Assembly (NCBI GenBank): GCA_964369675.1
Contig: CAYJHE010000001.1
Location: 1 to 54,958 of the forward strand
DNA length: 54,958 bases
DNA from: an uncultured Desulfovibrionaceae bacterium
GTDB lineage: Bacteria; Desulfobacterota; Desulfovibrionia; Desulfovibrionales; Desulfovibrionaceae
Direction: 5' to 3'
How positions within the stretch are numbered: position 1 is the stretch's first letter; each line of letters starts with the position of its first letter. The notes below the pieces were generated by a model that saw only the letters and a program-made list of their open reading frames with translations, had not been told where the DNA came from and ran no database searches. Shown in pieces: positions 9,601 through 17,990 of the stretch. The position numbers and the translations under genes were made by a program.

Positions 9601-10578
9601 CTATTTTCCAAGTTCTAATTCTTTCACTATTTCTGTATAGAGAAGAACTTCTTCGTTAAAGCGTTTGCTTGCTTCTTCAGTTGTGCTTCCTACAGGGATA
9701 ACACCCATTTTTGTCATCATTTGAGTCAATTTTTCGCTTTTAAACACTTTCACAAAAGCAGCTCTGAACTTTTCAGCTACTTTAGGTGGTGTTCCTTTTG
9801 GTGCATATAAACCTGCCCATACTGCAAGTGAAGAACCAAAGCCTTGTTCACTTACTGTCGGCACATCAGGAAATGCTGTTGAGCGCTCAGGTAGGAGCAT
9901 TGCAATAATTTTCACTTCCTTGTTTTCTACATAGTCTTTTAATGGTGCAGCTGGCCCAGACATCACATCGGCACTATTTTGCAGCAAGACCAAAGGTGAT
10001 AAATCTTGAAATGTAATCGCTTTCCATTCAAAATTGCCTTCTTTAGCAATGTTTTCTGTCATAATATAACGCACGTCTCCAACACCGCCAATGCCAAGTC
10101 TGATTTGATTTGTTTGAGCATATTCAGCAAGTTCTTTTAAGTTTGAAAAAGGCGCGTCTGCCCTAGCTGTTACGGCTGTAGAATTGAAATAAAGAACACT
10201 TAAGGGCATGAGATCACTGGTTTTGTATGGAGCATTACCAAGTAAAACTTGAAGAATTGATGGGCCAATAGGACCAATACCAAATGTATAGCCATCAGGA
10301 CGGGAACGAGCCATTTCGTTAAAGCCTATAACTCCTGCGCCACCGACTTTGTTGAATATCTTAACAGGCACTCCAAGCTCATCCTCTAATTCAGAAAGCA
10401 TAGCTGTTACAATTGTTGTAGCAGTATCGCCTGATGGAGGCCAAGGAATGATAATTTGAATTGGCTTTCTTGGCCATTCAGCACGCGCAATCGTGCTCAT
10501 TGAGCAGAAGATTACAGCAAAGCTGAGGAAAACAAGAAAAGATTTTTTTAAAACCTGTTTAGAAAATAATGCATGCAT
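9601..10578 (-). CDS. tctC: TTT periplasmic substrate-binding protein TctC (Bug family)
   Basis: 325 aa with an N-terminal signal peptide (…STIARA/EWP) and a Bug/TctC-type start of the mature protein (WPxKPIxxIIPxxPGG-like). The SD is AGGAG. Confidence 0.85.
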   Translation of the reverse strand: MHALFSKQVLKKSFLVFLSFAVIFCSMSTIARAEWPRKPIQIIIPWPPSGDTATTIVTAMLSELEDELGVPVKIFNKVGGAGVIGFNEMARSRPDGYTFGIGPIGPSILQVLLGNAPYKTSDLMPLSVLYFNSTAVTARADAPFSNLKELAEYAQTNQIRLGIGGVGDVRYIMTENIAKEGNFEWKAITFQDLSPLVLLQNSADVMSGPAAPLKDYVENKEVKIIAMLLPERSTAFPDVPTVSEQGFGSSLAVWAGLYAPKGTPPKVAEKFRAAFVKVFKSEKLTQMMTKMGVIPVGSTTEEASKRFNEEVLLYTEIVKELELGK

Positions 10579-10684
10579 AAATAACTCCTAGCATATTATT
10601 TTTGTTAAACTTTTCAAGTATGGTGCGTCAAACGCGCCAAAGCTTCGGGATATTTTCATTTTACGCTTGTGTAATATTTCACTA

Positions 10685-10699
10685 GCAAGAAGCGTACCA
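10685..10699 (-). promoter_or_regulatory. sigma-54 (-24/-12) promoter for the tctC operon
   Basis: The minus strand reads TGGTACGCTTCTTGC, i.e. TGGYAC-N5-TTGC with exact GG-N10-GC spacing. It lies 107 nt upstream of the tctC ATG, and the divergent neighbour is a sigma-54 activator. Confidence 0.7.
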
Positions 10700-10818
10700 A
10701 ATTTCAGATTTTTAAAGCAGAATTTTTCCTTTTGCAATTTAGTATACATTGCTAGATAAAAGATTTTATTTTTGAATTTCTAAAGCTTAATGATTAAAAA
10801 TAATTCTAGACAAAATAA

Positions 10819-10853
10819 ATGAAATATCATAATTTATTTTTATGATATTTCAT
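10819..10853. promoter_or_regulatory. candidate upstream activator site (perfect 14-bp inverted repeat)
   Basis: ATGAAATATCATAA-N7-TTATGATATTTCAT lies about 120-155 bp upstream of the sigma-54 promoter and 20 bp before the activator gene start. Confidence 0.5.
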
Positions 10854-10872
10854 AAAAACGGGATTATTCATA

Positions 10873-12480
10873 ATGCTTAAAACTTATTTTCAAGAAAACA
10901 TATCTGAGCATCTTTCTCTTTACAAAGAAGATTTCCAGCTCCACTGGGAAGCAACCAGAACTTTTTGTGAGGGCTTAGATCCCACAAAGTCAATGGCAAG
11001 AATTTTAGCTTTTTTAAAAAAATATATGGATGCGCAGTATCTTATGATATCTTTTTTACAGGAAGAAAGCTATAATAGTATCTGCTTTGTAGTAGGAGAA
11101 GGCTTTAGCTACAAAGTAATGGAAACAAAAGTTTTTATCCCACATGAGCATAAAAGCAAAGTCTTTTCTATCCCCGGATTTTATGCTCAGCTTTCTGACA
11201 GCAATGAAAATATCCCGATGACCGAACAACTCCTTGAAGTTCTTCCTAAAAATAAATATTCATTTCTTACGTTTAGAATAATGCTAAACTCCTCTACTCT
11301 TGCAACATTCAATATTGCTCACAAAGCCCAACACATATTTTCTGAAAAAAATATAGCATTTCTTTTTGCAATTCGCCACCCCATACAACTTTTCTTTGAA
11401 AACCTTCTTGAGCACTACACTACAATACAAAAAAATAAAATCCTCACTAAAACAAATAAACTCCTTCAAAAAAGAGCAAGAGAAAAGTTTATTTCCCTCT
11501 CTTCGTTGCCTGGATTAAAAAATGTAGCTCAGCAAGTCTACCAAGTAGCACCGCTTGCTTGTCCTGTATTAATTCTAGGGGAAACAGGTGTAGGAAAAGA
11601 GCTTATTGCTGACGAGTTATATGATTTCTCACAAAGATCTATGGCTCCTTATATAAAAATGAATTGCGGCGCTATGCCTGAACAACTTGTAGACACAGAA
11701 CTTTTTGGGCACGAAAAAGGAGCATTTAGTGGTGCGGTTTCAAAAAAAATAGGCAGGTTCGAAAGAGCTGATAAAGGTACTTTATTTCTTGATGAAATAG
11801 GCGAACTCCCCCTTAACATACAAGCAAGGCTTTTACGAGTATTGCAAAGCGGTGAATTTGATCCTGTAGGCGCAACAGCAACGCGATATGTTGATGTGCG
11901 CATTATTGCCGCAACGCATGCCGATCTTTTTTCAAGAGCAAAATCTGGTGCTTTTAGGGAAGATCTTTTTTATCGACTTAATGTTTTCCCTATAACAATC
12001 CCGCCACTGCGAGAAAGAAAAGAAGATATTCCTATACTTGTTGAGTATTTTCTTACAAGGCTTTCAGAAAAAATGTGCATTAAAAAACCAATTCTACCCG
12101 CACAGCAAATGGATAAAATCCTTTCCTACGCATGGCCAGGTAATGTGCGCCAACTACAAAATACTATTGAACAGTCTTTAATTATGCAGATGTCTGATCA
12201 AAAGGACTTCATTTCTATTCGCTTGCCAAATCAAGCTATAAAAAAACAGGAAAATACCCTTTGTCAAAATGTCGATAATTACTTTCTCACTCTTGATGAA
12301 GTAATTATACAGCATATTTCAGCTGCTCTTTTAGCAGCTAAAGGGCGCATTAACGGCAAAAATGGTGCTGCACAGCTTTTAGGAATGAACCCTTGCACTC
12401 TCAGAAGCAAAATGAAGAAACATAAAATACCCTTTGGAGTAAATGCTTCAAAATATGCAAACCCTGATAACGCAAGTTAG
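10873..12480 (+). CDS. sigma-54-dependent transcriptional activator (bEBP) with a GAF-like N-terminal sensor and no receiver domain
   Basis: AAA+ core with Walker A GETGVGKE, a GAFSGA (GAFTGA-type) loop, Walker B LFLDEIGE and R-finger region. The C-terminus has a Fis-type HTH (AAQLLGMNPCTLRSKMKK). Confidence 0.9.
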   Translation: MLKTYFQENISEHLSLYKEDFQLHWEATRTFCEGLDPTKSMARILAFLKKYMDAQYLMISFLQEESYNSICFVVGEGFSYKVMETKVFIPHEHKSKVFSIPGFYAQLSDSNENIPMTEQLLEVLPKNKYSFLTFRIMLNSSTLATFNIAHKAQHIFSEKNIAFLFAIRHPIQLFFENLLEHYTTIQKNKILTKTNKLLQKRAREKFISLSSLPGLKNVAQQVYQVAPLACPVLILGETGVGKELIADELYDFSQRSMAPYIKMNCGAMPEQLVDTELFGHEKGAFSGAVSKKIGRFERADKGTLFLDEIGELPLNIQARLLRVLQSGEFDPVGATATRYVDVRIIAATHADLFSRAKSGAFREDLFYRLNVFPITIPPLRERKEDIPILVEYFLTRLSEKMCIKKPILPAQQMDKILSYAWPGNVRQLQNTIEQSLIMQMSDQKDFISIRLPNQAIKKQENTLCQNVDNYFLTLDEVIIQHISAALLAAKGRINGKNGAAQLLGMNPCTLRSKMKKHKIPFGVNASKYANPDNAS

Positions 12481-12648
12481 ACACAATTCCACTCGCTATG
12501 TTTCCGGCATGTGACTGATTAGCAAATTTCCTTATCATCTAGCTATGGTTTGCTCTAAGTATTTTCTTTATTGGAAACACGAATGTTGAGCGGTTAAGAT
12601 GAAGTGTATGGCTAAAGCAGGAAATTGTTTTTTATTTGCGAATAAAAA

Positions 12649-12668
12649 AGCACTTATTTCTAAGTGCT
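12649..12668. terminator. bidirectional terminator hairpin (copy 1 of a repeated module)
   Basis: AAAAAAGCACTTA-TTTC-TAAGTGCTTATTT lies between the convergent activator and SulP genes. A near-identical ~33-nt sequence recurs at 39620-39652. Confidence 0.65.
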
Positions 12669-12676
12669 TATTTACT

Positions 12677-14428
12677 TTAAGATATATCATCTTCTTTTTT
12701 ATATGAGGTCAAGATTTTATGACTATTGTCTTCACCGCAAGGGGAATATTGTTCTGCTATAGCAAAAGCCTCTTGCATTGTGGTGACAAGCTTTGTTTGT
12801 GTATGGTTCAAGAAATCTGCCTTAGTGATGGTTTCGCACACAGAATGATTTGAAGAGCAAAGAATGATGGAAACTTTTGCCTCTTTCATTCTTGCTAAAA
12901 ATGTTTCAAGTGCGTGCGCACCGCTGGCATCAATCATATTTACCCTATTCATGTGTAAGATAACAGTATCGCCTTCTATGCCATCGATTCCTTTAAGGTG
13001 TTTTTCTAATTCGCTTACTGAACCAAAGAAAATAGGTCCTTCTATGCAGTAGACATGAAAGTTTTCACAGTCAAAAAGAGGGTGATCAGAGCGTACAGGA
13101 ATCATTTCTCTTTCAAGTTCATGAAAAATTGAAATAGATTGCTTTCTCAAGAACAAGCTCAAGGATATAAGCACACCCACAAAGATAGCTTGCTCTAAAT
13201 CTAAAATAAAGACAGAGGCAACAGTGATAAAAAATACAGCGCAATCATTTTTTGAGCTTCGTATAATAAATCTAATATCTTGAATATTTATCATATTCCA
13301 ACAAATAAGCATAAGCAAAGCCGCTAAGGAAGCAATAGGAATATAGCGAACAAAAGGCCCAAGTACAAGAAGGGCAAGGAGTGTGAGAAAGCCTGAAATA
13401 ACAGCTGCAAAACGAGTTTTGGCACCGCTAGTGAAGTTAACAGCCGAACGAGAAAAAGAACCACAACCAGGTATGGCACTACTAAGGCCAGCAACGATAT
13501 TTCCTAATCCTTGACCTATTAATTCTTGGCTTGGATTAAAAAAATCTCCTCTTTTATTCGCCATTGTTTTACCAATTGCAATGGTTTCAACTGAGGCAAG
13601 CATGGCAAGCGCTAATGCTGGCATAAAAAGTGTGGGAATGGATTCTATCATTTGCATATCAGGAATATAGAGCGGTGGAAAGCCCTTAGGTATAGGCGGA
13701 CTCATTGCTACACCATAGTTTTCAAGACTAAGCACTGTGCTTGCTAAACTCGCAATAATCAAAGAAAGAAGAGCGTAAGGTGCTTTAGGAACATACTTCT
13801 TTAAAGCAACAGCAACAGCAATAGTGAAAAGCCCTATTCCTACTGTGTAGATATTAAAAGTATGTATCTGCTTACCTATTTCCATAATAAGAGCAAAGGT
13901 ATTTGAAGGACTTTCAAAATCAAGCCCAAAAAAGTTTTTAACCTGCCCAATGCCAATAAGGATAGAGGCACCTGTTGTGAAGGCCAGTATGACTGAATGT
14001 GAAATAAAGTTTGCTAAAGAGCCTAAGTGAGCAAAACCAATAAAGAGCTGTATTAGCCCCGTTAAAATGGCAAGCATAAATATAAAAGTCAGCCGCTGTT
14101 CTTCAGGCAGTGTGCTCACTGCAATGCCACCTATAAAAATTTGTAACATAGAGGCATAAAGTACCATAGAAAGGGCATTTGTTGGCCCAGCAGTTAAATA
14201 CTTTGAAGAACCCCATAAAGCCGCAATAATTACAGGCAAAATAGAGGCATAGAGACCATAAACGGGGTCAACACCTGCTATCATTGCATAAGCCATAGAC
14301 TGAGGGGAAGCCACAATAGCTACCGTGATACCAGCGATAAGGTCTGCCCTTCCTTTGCTTAAACTATATTCTTTTATTGTTTCAAGAAAAGGAAAGAGTG
14401 TATAAACGCCATTTGCGAGAACTTTCAT
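12677..14428 (-). CDS. SulP-family anion permease with C-terminal STAS domain
   Basis: 583 aa. The polytopic N-terminal part has SulP-type motifs, and a soluble ~130-aa STAS-like tail follows. Confidence 0.85.
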   Translation of the reverse strand: MKVLANGVYTLFPFLETIKEYSLSKGRADLIAGITVAIVASPQSMAYAMIAGVDPVYGLYASILPVIIAALWGSSKYLTAGPTNALSMVLYASMLQIFIGGIAVSTLPEEQRLTFIFMLAILTGLIQLFIGFAHLGSLANFISHSVILAFTTGASILIGIGQVKNFFGLDFESPSNTFALIMEIGKQIHTFNIYTVGIGLFTIAVAVALKKYVPKAPYALLSLIIASLASTVLSLENYGVAMSPPIPKGFPPLYIPDMQMIESIPTLFMPALALAMLASVETIAIGKTMANKRGDFFNPSQELIGQGLGNIVAGLSSAIPGCGSFSRSAVNFTSGAKTRFAAVISGFLTLLALLVLGPFVRYIPIASLAALLMLICWNMINIQDIRFIIRSSKNDCAVFFITVASVFILDLEQAIFVGVLISLSLFLRKQSISIFHELEREMIPVRSDHPLFDCENFHVYCIEGPIFFGSVSELEKHLKGIDGIEGDTVILHMNRVNMIDASGAHALETFLARMKEAKVSIILCSSNHSVCETITKADFLNHTQTKLVTTMQEAFAIAEQYSPCGEDNSHKILTSYKKEDDIS

Positions 14429-14451
14429 AGCTTACCCTCTATGTTTCTGTT

Positions 14452-14835
14452 TTATTTAATTACAGCAATAGCCTCAATTTCTACTAAAACATTTTTTGGT
14501 AGGGTTTTCACTGCAACACATGAACGTGCAGGAAAATCCTTTGTAAAATATTTGCTATATACAGCATTGATATCTGCAAAATCTTTCATATCCGCAATAA
14601 AAACAGTAGTTTTTAAAACATCATCAAAGCTTGTATTTGCTTCTTCCAAAACAGCGCCTAAGTTTTTAAGGACTTGCTCAGCTTGTTCTGCTGCTGTGCT
14701 ACCTACAACTTCACCTGTTGCTGGATCAAGAGGAATAGAGCCTGAAGTAAAAAGAATGTTTCCAAGTAAAACTGCTTGAGAATAAGGCCCTATAGCAGCA
14801 GGTGCTTTAGGAGAAGCGATAATTTGTTTTTCCAT
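14452..14835 (-). CDS. ridA: RidA/YjgF-family enamine/imine deaminase
   Basis: 127 aa from the ATG at 14835 (SD AAGGAAG). It has the typical sequence PKAPAAIGPYSQA…IPLDP.TGE…VK.TVF…F..N.VY..YF……ARSCV.V..LPK...VEIE.IA. Confidence 0.85.
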   Translation of the reverse strand: MEKQIIASPKAPAAIGPYSQAVLLGNILFTSGSIPLDPATGEVVGSTAAEQAEQVLKNLGAVLEEANTSFDDVLKTTVFIADMKDFADINAVYSKYFTKDFPARSCVAVKTLPKNVLVEIEAIAVIK

Positions 14836-14845
14836 AGTTCTTCCT

Positions 14846-15631
14846 TTATATTTTTTTAAGTTTTTCTGGGTAAGTAGCACTTATTAAACCTCTTGCCTGC
14901 ACAATAACAGGATCTATGCATGCTTTATCAAAGTAAGAAGGCTTTGTAAGTGCAAATGATAATTCTGAACAACCAAGTACAAATAGGTCTACTTCTTGTT
15001 CGTGTAAATCTTGCATAACAAGAGATAATTGTTCAAGAACTTTTGGAGTCACTGGATCAGAAAAGGCTTTAATACCATACTCCTTATTGAAGACAGAGTC
15101 CATAAAAAGTTCTTGCGCCTCTTGTTTTGGATAAATACATTCAAAAGGTTCATTTTGCATGTAATTATCAAATAAACGAGTATTAATAGAACCAGTAGTT
15201 GCCATAATTCCAATTCTTAATGAATCTTTATCTTTAAGGAAATTTTTTAATTCTTTTTTTAATTCATCAACTATGTGGATAAATTTAATCTTTGCCTCTG
15301 CTTTTTTGAGCTCTTCTTGCATTAAATTCCAAATAGGTTCAGCATGGGCTGTATTACAAGGAACAGCTGCATGAGTGACTCCGGCTTTTTCAAGCCATAA
15401 TGCGAGTTCAGCCATGCTTTTGCCAGGATTTATGGGCTGACTTTTTACCAAAAATTCTGGCCTACCAGGGATTTCGTGAGGTAAGGAAGCAAGTAAAACA
15501 GGCAGATGTTCTTGATCTCTACCTGCCTCTGTGTTTTGGAAAATTTTTTTAAGAAAATCTAAGCCAGCATAGGGCCCCATTCCGCCAAGTACTCCAAGTA
15601 AAGGATAATCAGCTTTAAACATAATACTCAT
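14846..15631 (-). CDS. Asp/Glu/hydantoin-racemase superfamily protein (aspartate-racemase-like; candidate cysteate racemase)
   Basis: LGVLGGMGPYAGLDF at the N-terminus, and both catalytic Cys motifs are present (VPCNTAHA and VLGCSELS). Confidence 0.8.
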   Translation of the reverse strand: MSIMFKADYPLLGVLGGMGPYAGLDFLKKIFQNTEAGRDQEHLPVLLASLPHEIPGRPEFLVKSQPINPGKSMAELALWLEKAGVTHAAVPCNTAHAEPIWNLMQEELKKAEAKIKFIHIVDELKKELKNFLKDKDSLRIGIMATTGSINTRLFDNYMQNEPFECIYPKQEAQELFMDSVFNKEYGIKAFSDPVTPKVLEQLSLVMQDLHEQEVDLFVLGCSELSFALTKPSYFDKACIDPVIVQARGLISATYPEKLKKI

Positions 15632-15645
15632 CCTTCAAAAATAAA

Positions 15646-15686
15646 GCTAATGAAATAGGATTTTTTATTTTTCTTATTTCATTAGC
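15646..15686 (-). promoter_or_regulatory. intercistronic stem-loop
   Basis: Perfect 12-bp arms GCTAATGAAATA / TATTTCATTAGC lie between the lyase-like and racemase-like genes. Confidence 0.5.
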
Positions 15687-15705
15687 CTATTTATTGATTA
15701 TTTAG

Positions 15706-16716
15706 CTAGATTTTGCCATCTGCATAGAATTTTTCTTTATATGCATAAAGAGCTGGTGAACCACCAGTATGGAGGAAGACAACATTTGCGCCTTCTTTGA
15801 AATAACCTTGGCGAATAAGACCAATCAATCCAGCAAAAGCTTTACCTGAATAGACAGGGTCAAGGAGAATGCTTTCTGTTTGAGCAAGCAATTTTACAGC
15901 TTCAAACATTGTATCGTTTGGTATAGAGTAAGCAGGTAGGTAGTAATCGGCATTACACTTTACTGCTTCGCGTGGAATTTCGCCTGCACCAATGTATTCT
16001 GCTGTTGCACATGCTAATTTATAGATATGTTCTTCTTGCACATCAGCAGGACGACTTACAGTAACACCAAGAACAGGTATATTTGAATTTGTTGCATATG
16101 CACCAATAAGCATACCAGCGTGTGTGCCGCCTGAACCAGATGGAACAACAATATTATCTATATTTAAATGCATATTGAAAGCTTGTTGGAAAAGCTCTTG
16201 TGCACAAGCAACATAGCCGCATGAACCTATATGGTCTGAAGCTCCGCCAGGGATGATATAAGGTTTTTTGCCTTGAGCTTTCAATTCTTCCGCTGTTTTT
16301 TGCATTTCAGCTAACATATCAGAACCGCCAGCAACAGCACGAATGCTCTTAACTCCTAAAAGGCGGAATAAGAAATGGTTACCAGAAGCATCATAGTCGT
16401 AAGAATCCTTTACTCTTTGCTCCATAATAAGATGACAATCCATACCCTCTTTAACAGCCCAAGCAAGAGTAAGACGACAGTGATTTGATTGCACAGCACC
16501 GCAAGTGATAAGTGTGTCTGCGCCTTGTGCAAGCGCATCAGCTATAGCAAAGTCCAATTTACGAGTTTTATTTCCACCTGATGTGCCTGGTAAGAGGTCA
16601 TCTCTTTTCATATATACATTTACTTTATTTCCTAGAGCTTTAGAAAAGTTTTCTAGTTTTTCTAATGGTGTTGGACATGCCACATAACCGCGGCGAGGAA
16701 ATTGTGCTAAATTCAT
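15706..16716 (-). CDS. PLP-dependent enzyme of the ACC-deaminase / D-cysteine desulfhydrase family (candidate cysteate sulfo-lyase, CuyA-like)
   Basis: 336 aa. KRDDLLPGTSGGNKTRKLDF contains the PLP-lysine motif of this fold-type II family, and the GSGGT glycine loop is present. Confidence 0.8.
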   Translation of the reverse strand: MNLAQFPRRGYVACPTPLEKLENFSKALGNKVNVYMKRDDLLPGTSGGNKTRKLDFAIADALAQGADTLITCGAVQSNHCRLTLAWAVKEGMDCHLIMEQRVKDSYDYDASGNHFLFRLLGVKSIRAVAGGSDMLAEMQKTAEELKAQGKKPYIIPGGASDHIGSCGYVACAQELFQQAFNMHLNIDNIVVPSGSGGTHAGMLIGAYATNSNIPVLGVTVSRPADVQEEHIYKLACATAEYIGAGEIPREAVKCNADYYLPAYSIPNDTMFEAVKLLAQTESILLDPVYSGKAFAGLIGLIRQGYFKEGANVVFLHTGGSPALYAYKEKFYADGKI

Positions 16717-16745
16717 CTAAGTTCTCCTTTGATGTGTTAGAGGGT

Positions 16746-17945
16746 TTATATAAGAGTTTCTTGCGCGACTTCATTGATTATTTGCACTATAATATCAATA
16801 TCTTCTGTATTGAAAGTAAGCGGTAATCTAATATCACACATAGTTGCTAAAACTTTTTTTGTATTAGGTAAATCAAGTTCTTCTAATTCATTATAATATC
16901 TCCAGCTTGTATAAGCCGAAGTAAAACCACGAGGAACAGCATCGCCAAACCATTTTATGGAAACTCCTCGAGCAGCAGTTTTTGCCAAGAAGTTCTTGAA
17001 TTGATCATAGCTTGCATCTGGAATATTGAATTGAATGGAACTGCCAACATAATATTCCTCTTCAGGGCGATGAGGGCACTGAAAACCTTTAATTGCATTT
17101 ATGCCTTTTTCTGCATGCCTGTATAATACATTCCACCTCTCGCATTGTGTATCAAGATCAGCAAGTTGAGGTAATAAGATAGCTGCACGCAGATTATCCA
17201 TACGGCAAGAATAATTTGGTGTGAGATACTTTATTTCTTCAAAGGCAGGCATATCAGGTCTGAGTGTATGCCCTTCATAAAGCATGTAAGAGCCTGAATA
17301 GATTATAGCCTTTGCAATGAAATCAGGGTCATCTGTGACAAGAAGCCCACCTTCGCCAGAATTCATATGCTTATATGTTTGTGTGCTAAAACAAGCGAGA
17401 TGCCCATAATTGCCACTTTTTATGCCTTTCCAGCTTGCTCCCATTGTGTGGGCGCAATCTTCAATCATTATAATGTTATACTTCTTGCAAATGGCACTTA
17501 CTTTTTCCATGTCTACAAGATGCCCGCGCATGTGCGAAATCAAAAGAACTTTTGCTTTGCTTTCTTTTGCTTTTTTTTCTAAGTCTTCTAAATCTATTGT
17601 GTAATCATCTGTTATTTCCACAAGCACAATTTGCGCACCTGCATTTTGTATAGCACCTGGCACAGGGGCAAGGGTGAAGGCATTGCAAAGCACACTGTCA
17701 CCCGCCTCTACTCCAACAGCTTTTAAAGCTAAGTACATAGCACTTCCACAAGAAGCAACAGAAAGACAATATTTTCTGTCCATATATTTTGCAAAAGCTT
17801 CTTCAAGTTGATTTGCGTAGGATTTTTCCCCAGCAATAGTATTATATCTATGAATTCTGCCTGTTTGCATAACATTGAGCGCAAGTTCCACTCCTTCTTG
17901 CGGAATTGGTTCTTGCAGGGTAAAATCTTTTTCAAAAGTCAACAT
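16746..17945 (-). CDS. DegT/DnrJ/EryC1/StrS-family PLP aminotransferase
   Basis: 399 aa with family-typical segments (…SCGSAMYLALKA…, IEDCAHTMGA, FSTQTYKHMNSGEGG carrying the PLP Lys). Confidence 0.8.
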   Translation of the reverse strand: MLTFEKDFTLQEPIPQEGVELALNVMQTGRIHRYNTIAGEKSYANQLEEAFAKYMDRKYCLSVASCGSAMYLALKAVGVEAGDSVLCNAFTLAPVPGAIQNAGAQIVLVEITDDYTIDLEDLEKKAKESKAKVLLISHMRGHLVDMEKVSAICKKYNIIMIEDCAHTMGASWKGIKSGNYGHLACFSTQTYKHMNSGEGGLLVTDDPDFIAKAIIYSGSYMLYEGHTLRPDMPAFEEIKYLTPNYSCRMDNLRAAILLPQLADLDTQCERWNVLYRHAEKGINAIKGFQCPHRPEEEYYVGSSIQFNIPDASYDQFKNFLAKTAARGVSIKWFGDAVPRGFTSAYTSWRYYNELEELDLPNTKKVLATMCDIRLPLTFNTEDIDIIVQIINEVAQETLI

Positions 17946-17990
17946 AATATCCTCGTGAGCGCTGAATTATAATTTCAGAAACTTTATATC

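Noticed and set aside
10625-10639. Second sigma-54-like site (minus strand TGGCGCGTTTGACGC) 45-60 nt upstream of tctC.
   Set aside because: It has the GG-N10-GC spacing, but the -12 element is ACGC rather than TTGC. The site at 10685-10699 matches much better. It could be a weak alternative promoter, or simply the GCGTCAAACGC palindrome.
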